Shown piece after piece: positions 21,249-31,015 of a stretch of 64,000 bases of DNA. Source of the stretch: an uncultured Solirubrobacteraceae bacterium (GTDB taxonomy: Bacteria > Actinomycetota > Thermoleophilia > Solirubrobacterales > Solirubrobacteraceae); NCBI GenBank assembly GCA_963805745.1, contig CAWDVD010000002.1, positions 1,253,119-1,317,118 on the forward strand, given 5' to 3'. The notes under the pieces were generated by a model. That model did not search any database and was not told where the DNA came from. It saw nothing but the letters and a program-made list of their open reading frames with translations. Position 1 is the first letter of the stretch. Every line of letters starts with the position of its first letter. The position numbers were made by a program, and so were the translations under genes.

Positions 21249-24200
21249 ATGCTCGTGCTGGAACGGAAGGGCGGAGGTGGCAAGGTGAGCACGTTCAGCG
21301 CCCCATTGGGCATGACGGCAGGAAGCGCGCGCAGCGCCGAGGTCGCCCGCGCCACTTCGGCGTCGGCGTGCGAGCCGCGCGCTCGCAGCCACGTATCACG
21401 CAGGCGCGCGCTGATTGTCGCTGTGCTGCTCGCGCTGGCGCTCGGCGCGATCGTCGATCTCGGTCGCGCGAGCGTGCACCGCTCCGCGCCCGCGGCGCGC
21501 GTGCAAGATGCTCGCGCATTTTCCCGCGAGAGCCTGCTGAGCCTGCCGCTGTCGGCACGAGGACCGGTTTCCGCGAGCATCGGCGAGGACAGCGCAGCCT
21601 TCGCCGTCGGCGGCTCAGCCGGCAGCTTCCAGGCCAGCAACCCCGCCCAGCGCCTGCGCGCCACGTTCGACCGGGCCGGCGTGCTCGTCCGCTCCGACGG
21701 CGCGCGGGTCGGGCTCGCTCTCGACGCGATCGGATACGGCGGTGGGCTGCGTCCGCTCGCGCTGGGCGCACCGAGCGCCGCGGGCAACCGCGTGAGCTAC
21801 CGCCACCCCGGCCTCAGCGAGTGGTATGTGAACGGGCCGCTCGGCCTCGAGCAGGGCTTCACGCTCTCCCGCGCCCCCACCCACGGGGCGAGCGGCCCGC
21901 TGACGCTTGCGGTCGCGCTCTCGGGCAATGTGCGCGCATCGCTGGCCGCGGGCGGGCAGAGCGTCGCGATGAGCCGCGCAGGCCGGACCGTGCTGCGCTA
22001 CACCGGCCTGTCCGTCACGGACGCGACGGGGCGCTCGCTGCGCAGCTCGCTCGCGCTCGCCGCCGGGCGGATCCTGATCCACGTCGACGCCGATGGCGCC
22101 CGCTACCCGCTTCGCATCGACCCGTTCGTGCAGCAGGGGGGAAAGCTCACCGGCAAAGAAGAGTTGAAAGAAGGCTTACTCGGTTACAGCGTGGCGTTGT
22201 CCGCTAACGGGGACACGGCGCTGATTGGCGCCGCCTACGACGAAAAACAAGCCGGCGCGGCATATGTGTTCACGCGATCGGGCGAAAGCTGGAGCCAGCA
22301 GGCGAGGCTCGTCGCCACCGGCGAGAGCGGCGAAGGCCACTTCGGCGACAGCGTGGCGCTGTCGGCGAACGGGAACACCGCGCTGATCGGCGCGCCCAAC
22401 GACAACAGCTCGGTCGGCGCCGCTTGGATCTTCACGCGCACCGGCGAAAAATGGAAACAGGCGCAGGAACTCACCGGCCACGCCGAGAGCGGCGAGGGCG
22501 TCTTTGGCCGCGGCGTCGCGCTCTCGGCAGAAGGCACCACCGCAATGGTCGGCGGACCGCTCAACGGCAGCACCGGCGGAGCGTGGGTATTCACGCGCGA
22601 AGGTGAAAAATGGACGCAGCAGGGCGAAGCGCTCACCGTCGGCGGCGTGGACGGCTTGGGCGAAAGCGTGTCGCTGTCCGCCAACGGCAATACCGCGCTG
22701 GTCGGCGCCCCGCTCGCAAACGCCGTTGACGGGGGCGCCTACGTGTTCACCCGCTCGGACGGAAACTGGAGCGAGCAGAGCCAGCTCACAGGGAGCGGCG
22801 AGGCGGGGGGAGGCGAATTCGGCGTCAGCGTCGCCCTCTCAGGCGACGGGAACACCGCGCTCGTGGGCGCGTACTTCGACGGCGCGGCGTGGGTCTTCAC
22901 GCGCTCGGGCGCAAATTGGAGCCAGCAGGAAAAGCTCACCACCGGCGAAGGCGGGTCGGAAGGGTTCTACTTCGGCAAGAGCGTCGCGCTGGCCGCGGAC
23001 GGCGACGCGGCGCTGGTCGGCGGCTACGACTACGAAAGCAAGGGCGCTGCGTGGGCGTTCACGCGCTCGGGCTCGACCTGGAGTCACCTGGGCGGCAAGA
23101 TGACCGGAGAAGGCGAGAGCGCTGATGGTGGGTTCGGCTTCAGCGTAGCCCTGTCCGAAGGCGGGTACACGGCACTCGTGGGCAGCCCCTTCGGCAACGA
23201 AAAGCTGGGGGCTGCGTGGGTGTTCACGAATCAGAGTGCACCCACCGTCACCTCAGAAGCCGCCTCGGGCGTGACGACCCAAGCAGTCACGCTGCACGCC
23301 ACGGTGAATGCCAACGGCAACGCCACGGAATGCGTGTTTGAATACGGCACGAGCACGGACTACGGACACACCGTCGAATGCTCACCGAAACCGACGGGCG
23401 AAGTCCCTGTTGCGGTGTCGGCCGCGCTGAGCCCGCTCAGCTCGAACGCGACATATCATTTTCGCGTCGTCGCAATGAACGACGTCGGTGTGAGCGACGG
23501 CGCCGATGAGAGCTTCACGACGTTGGCGACGAGCGCGTCCGCCGAAACGAAAGAAGAAAGCAAACCGGCTGAAGCGAAAGACAATGAACTGACGGCGAAG
23601 GCCAGCGAAGGCACCGGGACCGTCACGGCGGGCACCTACGGCTCGGACATCGGTGGCCCGGCACTGGCGAAAAGCACGGGCAAGTACATCGACGTCTACC
23701 ACACGGGCACGAGCACGTTCAAGCAGGTCGAGATCAAGGATTGCGAACTCGGCGGCGGGAAGTCGCTCTGGTGGGACAACCCGGCGGCCACGTGGGAACC
23801 GATCCTGGAACCACCGGCCCTCTACAGCGAAGGACCGCCTGCGTGCGTCACCGTGACGCTCACGGAATCGACCAAACCGAGCGTTGCGCAGCTCATCGGC
23901 ACGCGCTTCGGCACACGCTTTGGCGAGGCGCCGGGCTCGCTGGAGTACGGCAAATGCGAGGCTGCCAAGGACGGCCTCTACGAAGAAGGCAAATGCCAGA
24001 AAGAGAAGCTCAAGAAAGGCCTGCCGAAGGGCAAGTACGAATGGTATGCGAACCCCGTGGGGTGCTTCCCGAAGAAGAACGGCTACTACTCGGAATCCCA
24101 GTGCCTGACCGAAGACACGAAGAAAGGAAAGCCGAAGGGCAAATACGAAAAGGGCAGCAACGAGGTCAGCGGCAGCGGCGACGAAGCGAAGCTCGAAATC

Positions 24201-24677
24201 GAAGGAATCGGCGACCTCACATGCACCTCGAGCAGCGCGACTGGTGAGCTGCCTGGGCAGAAAGAGGGCATCGAGACGATCACCTACTCCGGCTGCAAGC
24301 TCGAAACGAAAACTGAAAAAACCGAATGCGCGAGCAAGGGCGCGGCCGCCGGCACAATCGTGACCAGCCCGCTGGAAACGTTCGTCGAAGACGAAGGCAA
24401 AGCCGTCGACACCGAAATCTTCCAGGATCCGGTCGCCATCTTCACGTGCAACAAAACCGAATACACGCTGCACGGAGGCGTCCGCGGCGAAACGACCGGC
24501 GACGCCGACACCATGAGCCTCACGAGCGAAACAGTCTACAAGCAGAGCGTCGGGGAACAGGAACTCTACGTCTCCGCGAGCGGAGCCGAACACAAGACGG
24601 TCATGACCGCCACCTACAAGACCACGGGCACACAGGAAATGGAGATCAACACGAATCCCCCACAAAGCGGCGGGTGA
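21249..24677 (+). CDS. Large secreted FG-GAP (integrin-alpha-like beta-propeller) repeat protein with an FN3-like domain
   Basis: About 7 repeats of FGxSVALSxxGxTALxGAP...GAAWVFTR, a TLHATVN...FEYG...YHFRVVA module and a Cys/Lys-rich C-terminus. The start is uncertain. Confidence 0.85.
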   Translation: MLVLERKGGGGKVSTFSAPLGMTAGSARSAEVARATSASACEPRARSHVSRRRALIVAVLLALALGAIVDLGRASVHRSAPAARVQDARAFSRESLLSLPLSARGPVSASIGEDSAAFAVGGSAGSFQASNPAQRLRATFDRAGVLVRSDGARVGLALDAIGYGGGLRPLALGAPSAAGNRVSYRHPGLSEWYVNGPLGLEQGFTLSRAPTHGASGPLTLAVALSGNVRASLAAGGQSVAMSRAGRTVLRYTGLSVTDATGRSLRSSLALAAGRILIHVDADGARYPLRIDPFVQQGGKLTGKEELKEGLLGYSVALSANGDTALIGAAYDEKQAGAAYVFTRSGESWSQQARLVATGESGEGHFGDSVALSANGNTALIGAPNDNSSVGAAWIFTRTGEKWKQAQELTGHAESGEGVFGRGVALSAEGTTAMVGGPLNGSTGGAWVFTREGEKWTQQGEALTVGGVDGLGESVSLSANGNTALVGAPLANAVDGGAYVFTRSDGNWSEQSQLTGSGEAGGGEFGVSVALSGDGNTALVGAYFDGAAWVFTRSGANWSQQEKLTTGEGGSEGFYFGKSVALAADGDAALVGGYDYESKGAAWAFTRSGSTWSHLGGKMTGEGESADGGFGFSVALSEGGYTALVGSPFGNEKLGAAWVFTNQSAPTVTSEAASGVTTQAVTLHATVNANGNATECVFEYGTSTDYGHTVECSPKPTGEVPVAVSAALSPLSSNATYHFRVVAMNDVGVSDGADESFTTLATSASAETKEESKPAEAKDNELTAKASEGTGTVTAGTYGSDIGGPALAKSTGKYIDVYHTGTSTFKQVEIKDCELGGGKSLWWDNPAATWEPILEPPALYSEGPPACVTVTLTESTKPSVAQLIGTRFGTRFGEAPGSLEYGKCEAAKDGLYEEGKCQKEKLKKGLPKGKYEWYANPVGCFPKKNGYYSESQCLTEDTKKGKPKGKYEKGSNEVSGSGDEAKLEIEGIGDLTCTSSSATGELPGQKEGIETITYSGCKLETKTEKTECASKGAAAGTIVTSPLETFVEDEGKAVDTEIFQDPVAIFTCNKTEYTLHGGVRGETTGDADTMSLTSETVYKQSVGEQELYVSASGAEHKTVMTATYKTTGTQEMEINTNPPQSGG

Positions 24678-24820
24678 GTGCTCCCTCGACGAGAGGGCGG
24701 CGTCGTGCCGGGACCTCGTCGCGCTACTGCTTTCGCGGGAAGGCAGGCGCAGTTCGGCTCCCATGCGGGTGCTCAGCCAGGCCCAGGGGGTAGATGGAGG
24801 GGCCATTTCGGAGTCGACGC

Positions 24821-25543
24821 TTAGTAGTGCTCCGTTAGGTTGGTGGTGGTCGTAGTTGGTGATGGGGCGGCAGTTCTCTGTGGCAGGTGGGGCAGGTTCC
24901 GTGCCAGCAGGCCAGGAGCGCTTGTAGCTCCCGGGCGATTGCGAAGAGGGTTAGGCTGCCGCCCTGGCTGGAGGGCGCCGGGTTCGCTCCAGGGTGAGGA
25001 ACGCGTGCGCGATGGAAACGAGGGTGACGTGGTGGTGCCAGCCGCGGTAGGTGCGGCCCTCGAAGTGATCGAGGCCGAGCGCGTCCTTGAGCTCGCGGTA
25101 GTCGTGCTCGATCCGCCAGCGCAGCTTCGCCAGTTTCACCAGCGTCTTTAGTGGCGTGTCGGGCGGAAGGTTGGAGAGCCAGTACTTGGTCGGCTCGTCC
25201 TTGCCGGGAGGCCACTCGCACAGCAGCCAGCAGACCGGGAGCTCCTTGCCGTTTCTGTTGGCGTTGTTGCGCAGGTGGATGTTCGCGGGGCGGACCTTCA
25301 CTGCCAAGAACCTAGAGGTCATGCTGCCGCGTGTGCCCTCCCGCCAGGTGACTGTCTGAGCGGCCTGTTTGCCGGCGGCGAGGGCCAGCGCCTTCAGCGA
25401 AGATGGCTCCTGGCGGTAGCTCGGCTTGGGTGGCCGCCCGGTCCCTTTCCACTCCGGGCGCTCGGGCTCGACTTCCTCGCTATAGGCCGAGGTGGCACCC
25501 TTGACATCGAGCACATACCCAAGCTCGCGCTTCTGGAGCTCAC
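24821..25543 (-). pseudogene. IS701-family transposase 3' remnant
   Basis: KLRWRIEHDYRELKDALGLDHFEGRTYRGWHHHVTL and a downstream WHGTCPTC frame. The 5' half is missing and replaced by IS21-type sequence. Confidence 0.8.
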
Positions 25544-25943
25544 TGGGAGCGGCGGCTTGCAGTGGCCCCGGCGCGGCGGCTTGAAGTGGCCCCACTTCGC
25601 GTCGGTTGGTGTGTGGTTGATCTTCTCTGATTGGTGGGTGCGGCGGCGTCTCGTGGAGCGGAGCCCGTAGGGCGTAGCGGAGCGAGACGCCGCCGGCGCG
25701 GCTGGTGTTGGGGGGTCAGGCGGCTCCTTTCTGCTTGGTGCGTGCGAGCCCGTGGCGGACGCGCCAGGACTCTTGGCCGGTGTCGATGATGTGTGCTCGG
25801 TGGGTGATGCGGTCCACGACGGCCTTCGCGAGGCGTGCGTCGGGGAACACCTTCGTCCACTCCCCGAAAGGGAGGTTGGTGGTAACGATCAGGCTGGCGC
25901 GCTCGTTGCGCTCGGAGATGACTTGGAAGACGAGCTCGGCTGC
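25544..25943 (-). pseudogene. istB: IS21-family right-end remnant (istB C-terminus plus terminal repeats)
   Basis: The minus frame ending at 25716 reads [52 protein letters not shown]. Two 21-bp repeats GCGGCGGCTTG(C/A)AGTGGCCCC lie at 25549 and 25573. Confidence 0.8.
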
Positions 25944-26019
25944 TTGTAGCTCGTTCGCGAGCGCTCCTTCACCAGGGCAAAGCAGCAGTCTGAGCGTTGT
26001 GTGCCCGGGCTATCGAGAT

Positions 26020-26130
26020 TCGTCCGAAGCAGCTGCAGCAGCGCGCCAAGCGCGACCGTGGAGCCAAGTTCGACAAGCTCGTGCGCGACGCCCGCGAGCA
26101 GCTTCTGAGGCCCAACGAGACACCGCGGCA
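26020..26130 (+). pseudogene. Possible extreme C-terminal remnant of an integrase
   Basis: A short helical frame (LQQRAKRDRGAKFDKLVRDAREQL) points toward the tRNA att site. No catalytic motif is visible, so the call rests on position and weak recall. Confidence 0.25.
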
Positions 26131-26242
26131 GGCGCCCATTGGGACGGTGAATGGGACGGAAGGGCGAAAAAGGGCTGCTAAGCGCCCTCGCCGGCGCCCT
26201 ACGTCCTCCACAAAACCCAGTGATTTGCAGGCCATCCGCGAG

Positions 26243-26316
<74 letters not shown>

Positions 26317-26430
26317 TCGCGCTGCTATCACTGCGTTTACTCGGCGCCGGTGGTGGGATGGAACGTCGTGGTCCGGGGATTTCGGCATCGCCGGGCCATC
26401 TTATCGTCCGTGTTGGCTGGTCGCAGCGCG

Positions 26431-27726
26431 TCAAGGCGCCGGCTCGGATCCCGATCTGAGCGCAGGCGGCTGAGCTGGGCGCGACCTGGAGGAGAGGGAC
26501 GTTCGCAGGCGGTCGACTCGCTGCCCGACCAACGACGGCAGCTCCGGGGGGAGCCCCTCGGTCTCGTCTTCCGCCGCCGCCACGGCCGCGGGGAGCCGGT
26601 CGAGCGAATCGGTGACGATCTCCTCGACCCTTCCTCTCGCCATCCCCCAGCCCGTCGCCTCATTGACGATCCGGTCGGCCGTGACCCTGTCGGCCTTCTG
26701 GACGCCGTCAACGTACATCGCGAGCTTGTCGTCGATGGGGTAGAGCCTCGTCGACAGCAGGTCGTAGAGGGGAGCCAGTCGCAGGACGCCGGTGTCTGTG
26801 TGCAGCAGCGAATAGTTCTTGCCGTGCGCGTCGCAGTTGCCGAGCGCCACGTTGAGGGTGAGCGCACGGAGAAACGTCTCCAGGGAATCCGCATCGGCTA
26901 CGTCTTGGAGGACCCGGGCGACGCGGGCCAGCGTCGGTCCGGCGTCCTGCTCGTACTTCCTGCCCGCAGGCAACCCAAGGGCCTGGCACAGGTCCTCCTG
27001 GTGGACTCGATGAACGTTTCCGTCGGGATCGACGACGCGGTCGTAGCGTTCGACGACGAGGACGGGGCGCTCGTCGACGTTCGTCGTCTCGACGTTCGCG
27101 GCCGTGAGTCCATGGTGCTTGGCGACACGCATGCAGAACGCCTCGTTCTCGACGGTGTTCGCAAAGCGCTCGATCTCGGGCTTGAGGATGTGGGTGGAGG
27201 GCGTTCCATCGACAGGGCGACCCCACGCGCCGTCGGGCATGCGCGTGAGGAGGAGCTTCTCCTGGACGCCCGCCAGGGACAGTCGAACGTTGCGGTCGAC
27301 CCCCAAGGGCGCACTGCGCAGGTTGGCCACCAGCTCGGCGAGCTGGTCAGGGCTGAGAGGCTCGGCGCTGCGGGTGGTGTGGAGCGGCGGCGTGGGATCG
27401 TCCTGTGGCTGGATGATCAGCGCCCCGGCGCAGTCCTTGCCGAGGGCGGCAAGCAGTCCGAAGACATCGCTCGCAAGCAGGTCGAGGTCCGCTGCGATCG
27501 CATTGCGGGGCTCGCCCTCCGGCAGAAGCCCGTCGAGAAATGCACGGGTCACGGCGTTGGGGTAGCGATCGCGAGTCAGCGGCAGGGCCAGCGACAGCAG
27601 CGGCGTGCCGCCTTCGTAGGTCGCCAGCGCGTCCTCGGTGTAGGAGAGGCGCAAGCGGTCGTTTCGCTCTTTCTCCACGACGGCGACCTGGTGTCCGTAG
27701 AGCCAGATCGCCAAGGGACCGGCCAT
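26431..27726 (-). CDS. hipA: HipA-family kinase toxin (HipA_N + HipA_C)
   Basis: SLAGVQEK P-loop, HILKP, NCDAHGKNYS catalytic motif and LAPLYDL. Confidence 0.92.
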   Translation of the reverse strand: MAGPLAIWLYGHQVAVVEKERNDRLRLSYTEDALATYEGGTPLLSLALPLTRDRYPNAVTRAFLDGLLPEGEPRNAIAADLDLLASDVFGLLAALGKDCAGALIIQPQDDPTPPLHTTRSAEPLSPDQLAELVANLRSAPLGVDRNVRLSLAGVQEKLLLTRMPDGAWGRPVDGTPSTHILKPEIERFANTVENEAFCMRVAKHHGLTAANVETTNVDERPVLVVERYDRVVDPDGNVHRVHQEDLCQALGLPAGRKYEQDAGPTLARVARVLQDVADADSLETFLRALTLNVALGNCDAHGKNYSLLHTDTGVLRLAPLYDLLSTRLYPIDDKLAMYVDGVQKADRVTADRIVNEATGWGMARGRVEEIVTDSLDRLPAAVAAAEDETEGLPPELPSLVGQRVDRLRTSLSSRSRPAQPPALRSGSEPAP

Positions 27727-27998
27727 TACCAGTCGGCTTCCTGGAGGGTGGCCCGGACGCCGAGCAGCTTGAGGATGCGCAGGATGCGGCGCATCTGCTC
27801 CGTTTCCTTGCCCTGCTCCAGCTCGGAGAGATAGCTCCGGTTGAGGCCGGCCATGTCGGCGAGCTCAGCCTGGGTCAGGCCGGCTTCCTCGCGGAAGTGG
27901 CGGATCGCTGGTCCAACCGAGGCCGCCGTGTAGAGCCGGAAGGGCTTGCCCGAACGAGGAGTCTTTTCGCGGAGGCTGTCTTTGGCAGATGTCTGCAT
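27726..27998 (-). CDS. hipB: HipB-like XRE helix-turn-helix antitoxin
   Basis: IRHFREEAGLTQAELADMAGLNRSYLSELEQG. Its stop overlaps the hipA start. Confidence 0.85.
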   Translation of the reverse strand: MQTSAKDSLREKTPRSGKPFRLYTAASVGPAIRHFREEAGLTQAELADMAGLNRSYLSELEQGKETEQMRRILRILKLLGVRATLQEADW

Positions 27999-28085
27999 AT
28001 GCGGACATCATAGCAAAGAATGTCTGATGTCGACTTATATGGACATTCGCTCTCTGGGGATACCGTGTCGGGATATTCAGACATC
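27988..28085. promoter_or_regulatory. Three palindromic operators upstream of hipB, TGTC-N10-GACA, spaced 38 bp apart
   Basis: GATGTC-N10-GACATC (27988), GATGTC-N10-GACATT (28026) and CGTGTC-N10-GACATC (28064). Confidence 0.7.
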
Positions 28086-28204
28086 GTTATCTCGAGAAGT
28101 GGCGGCAAGTGTAGAGCGGCGAAGCCTCGCCGTGCGCCTCACCTTCAGGTAGAGGGCCAGCCCCCTGGATGGAAAACGGCCTGATCTCCGACCTCAGCAG
28201 CGAT

Positions 28205-29107
28205 CTACGCCACCGCCCGCGGTCGAATCCGGCGCGCGAGCTCGATCGCCTCCTCGGGCGTGGCGAACGACAGCTGCGCGCTGTAGCGACCATCGCGCGT
28301 CGGCCTCACCTGCACCTCGGCGCCGAGCGCGCCGCCGAGAGCCTCCGCGATCTCCCTGGCCGCCTGCTCCTGGTCGGGATGCGCCAGTGATGGCGTCCGC
28401 GAGCGGGGGGCGCCCCCGCCAGCTCCCGCCAGCGCGTTGCTCTCCCGCGCGCGCTCCTCGGTCACCCGCACCGACCATCCCCCCTCGACCGCCGCCCGTG
28501 CGAGCGAGCGCCGCGCGCCGTGATCCTCGGCCAGCAGCAGCGCGCGGCCGTGGCCCTCGCTGAGCGCGCCCTGCTGCACGAGCTCGATCGCCTCGTCGGG
28601 CAGGTCGAGCAGGCGCACCAGGTTGCTGACCGCCACGCGGCTGCGCCCGACGCGGCGTCCGACGTCCTCGCGCGTCAGCCCGAGCTCCTCCACCAGCGCC
28701 GCGCACGCACGCGCCTCCTCGATCGGGTTGAGGTCCTCGCGGGCCATGTTCTCCACCAGCGCCACTTCCAGCGCCTGGGCGTCCTCGCGCTCGCGCACGA
28801 TCGCCGGGATGCTCGGCAGTCCGGCGATTCGCGCGGCGCGCCAGCGGCGCTCGCCGGCGACCAGCTCATACGTGCCACCCGGCTTCGGGCGCACCAGCAC
28901 CGGCTGCAGCATCCCCCTCTCGCCGAGCGATCCCGCGAGCGTCTGCAGCGTCTCCTCGTCGAAGCGCCGTCGCGGCTGCCTGGGGTTGGGCGAGATCAGC
29001 TCGACCGCCAGCTCGCGCAGCTCCTCGTCGGCCTGCCCGGCGCCCTCCGCCGACACCGACAGGATCGCGCCCAGGCCCCTGCCCATGCCCGGCCTCGGCC
29101 TAGCCAC
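28205..29107 (-). CDS. parB: Chromosome partitioning protein ParB
   Basis: GRGLGAIL, NPRQPRR, LVAGERRWRAA and ENMAREDLNPIEEA. Confidence 0.97.
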   Translation of the reverse strand: MARPRPGMGRGLGAILSVSAEGAGQADEELRELAVELISPNPRQPRRRFDEETLQTLAGSLGERGMLQPVLVRPKPGGTYELVAGERRWRAARIAGLPSIPAIVREREDAQALEVALVENMAREDLNPIEEARACAALVEELGLTREDVGRRVGRSRVAVSNLVRLLDLPDEAIELVQQGALSEGHGRALLLAEDHGARRSLARAAVEGGWSVRVTEERARESNALAGAGGGAPRSRTPSLAHPDQEQAAREIAEALGGALGAEVQVRPTRDGRYSAQLSFATPEEAIELARRIRPRAVA

Positions 29108-29858
29108 GCGCGGCCACCTCCTTGGCCAGCTCGAAGTACGCCTCCGCGCCGGCGCTGTGGGGATCGTGGTGGGTCACCGGCAGACCGTAGCTCGGGGCCT
29201 CGCCCACCCGCACGTTGCGCGGTATCACCGTGTCGAACACCAGGTCCGGGAAGTGCGCGCGCACTTCGCGCTCCACGTCCTGCCCGAGGCGCGTGCGCGC
29301 GTCGTGCATCGTCAGCAGCATTCCCGCCACCGTCAAGCGCGGGTTCAGCTCACGCTGCACCAGCGCCAGCGTCTCCAGCAGCCCCGCCAGGCCCTCCAGC
29401 GCGAAGTACTCCGTCTGGACGGGCACGATCACGCGGTCGGCGGCCACCAGCGCGCTCACCGTCAGTGGTCCGAGCGACGGTGGGCAGTCCAGCAGGATGT
29501 ACTGGAAGTCCTCGAGCACGGGCTCCAGGCACTCGCGCAGGCGCTGCTCGTATCCCTCCATGCGCGGGAGCTCGACGTTCGCTCCCGCGAGATCCGGGCC
29601 GGCGGGGAGCGCGCGCAGACCCCGCACGGGCGTGTCGGTGAGCGCTTCCCCGGCGGTCGCCTCGCCGGTCAGCACCTCGTAGCACCCGGGTGTCCGCGTG
29701 CGCGGTATGCCCAGCCCGACCGTCGCGTTGGCCTGCGGATCCACGTCCACCAGCAGCGTCGCGTATCCCGCCTCCGCGATGCACGCCGCCACGTTGACCG
29801 CAGTCGTCGTCTTGCCCACGCCGCCCTTCTGGTTGGCGATCGCGTAAACCGTGCCCAC
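29100..29858 (-). CDS. parA: Chromosome partitioning ATPase ParA/Soj
   Basis: ANQKGGVGKTTT, DVDPQAN, DCPPSLG and EAPSYG. The GTG start at 29858 is my choice. Confidence 0.97.
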   Translation of the reverse strand: MGTVYAIANQKGGVGKTTTAVNVAACIAEAGYATLLVDVDPQANATVGLGIPRTRTPGCYEVLTGEATAGEALTDTPVRGLRALPAGPDLAGANVELPRMEGYEQRLRECLEPVLEDFQYILLDCPPSLGPLTVSALVAADRVIVPVQTEYFALEGLAGLLETLALVQRELNPRLTVAGMLLTMHDARTRLGQDVEREVRAHFPDLVFDTVIPRNVRVGEAPSYGLPVTHHDPHSAGAEAYFELAKEVAARG

Positions 29859-29942
29859 CGCGCGCACGCTAGCGCCGATCGTCCGCACGCGGCGGCCGAT
29901 CGCCAGCAAAGTGCGCGCAATGCCGCCGCCTCGGCGCTCGCC

Positions 29943-30650
29943 TCAGCCCCCCAATGGCCGCTTGCGCGCGATCCCGGCCCTTCTCGGAAACCGCGGCGGC
30001 GTCTCGGCCACCTTCACGAACACGTGCAGATGGTGGTCCCTGGCGCCCTCGAACGGGACCACCCTGCGCACCTCGGTCCTGCGCAGCCCCAGCGCCGCTG
30101 CCGCCCGCTCGCCCGCGTCCTCGTCCGCTCGCGCGCGCCTGCCGCGCCAGTCGACCAACGTGCCCCCCAAGCGCAGCAGCGGCGCCGCGTACTCGAGCAC
30201 CACCGGCTGCGGCGCCAGCGCCCTCGCCGCCACCACGTCGTTGCCCGAGAAGCCCTCCTGCCACTCCTCCGCGCGCGAGCACACAACGCGCGCGTTCTCG
30301 ATCTTCGCGGCCGCGCACGCCCGCTCCAGGAACTCGCACCTGCGCCGCTGGCTCTCCACGAGGCTGACCCGCGCCGCCGGCAGCGCCACCGCGAGCGCCA
30401 CGCCCGGGAAGCCCGCGCCGCTGCCGAGGTCCGCGATCGCAGCGGCCGTCCGCACCGCATCGACCTCCAGCGCAGCCAGCGAGTCCGCGACGTGCGTCCG
30501 TGCCGCGCGCTCCGCCTCGCGGACCGACGTCGGGGCGTGCTCGTCCGCCTCCAGCAGCTCGAGCACAGCCGTCAGTTGGCGGCGCTGCCCGACGCTCAGC
30601 CGGGTGCGATCCCACCAACCCTCGGTGCGATCGGACCCATCAGCGTTCAT
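29943..30650 (-). CDS. rsmG: 16S rRNA m7G527 methyltransferase RsmG (GidB)
   Basis: HVADSL, DLGSGAGFPG and VAARAL motifs, in the canonical position next to parA. Confidence 0.93.
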   Translation of the reverse strand: MNADGSDRTEGWWDRTRLSVGQRRQLTAVLELLEADEHAPTSVREAERAARTHVADSLAALEVDAVRTAAAIADLGSGAGFPGVALAVALPAARVSLVESQRRRCEFLERACAAAKIENARVVCSRAEEWQEGFSGNDVVAARALAPQPVVLEYAAPLLRLGGTLVDWRGRRARADEDAGERAAAALGLRRTEVRRVVPFEGARDHHLHVFVKVAETPPRFPRRAGIARKRPLGG

Positions 30651-31005
30651 AGCGCCCAAAGAAATCCGCGTACTTGAGGCGCATGTCGCGTACCCGCTCG
30701 AGCACGTGGGAGTCGATCTCATCCGTCAGTGCCGACTCCACGACGGGCAGGACGTCCTCCGCGAGCGCCGCGCCGCGCGCCATCCACTGGTAGTAGTTGC
30801 GCTCGCCGTGGCTGTATGGCCCGTACAGCCGCGAGCGTGGGAACAGCGCCTGCAGCCAGCGGAACAGCGCCTCGTGACGAACGTGCATCCGCAGCGCTAT
30901 CTGCGGCTGCTTGCCGTCGCCCCCGAAGTGGCCCTCGCCGATCAGGACCCCCACCACGAGCCCTCGCTCGAGGTCGGTCAGCTCCCGCGGACGCTCGTCG
31001 GCCAT
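30640..31005 (-). CDS. Standalone single-motif LAGLIDADG-like protein (121 aa)
   Basis: N-terminal helix LVVGVLIGEGHFGG resembles LAGLIDGEGSF and is followed by a beta-rich segment. It is co-oriented with the operon and overlaps the rsmG start by 11 bp. Confidence 0.6.
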   Translation of the reverse strand: MADERPRELTDLERGLVVGVLIGEGHFGGDGKQPQIALRMHVRHEALFRWLQALFPRSRLYGPYSHGERNYYQWMARGAALAEDVLPVVESALTDEIDSHVLERVRDMRLKYADFFGRYER

Positions 31006-31015
31006 GGCCGAAAGT

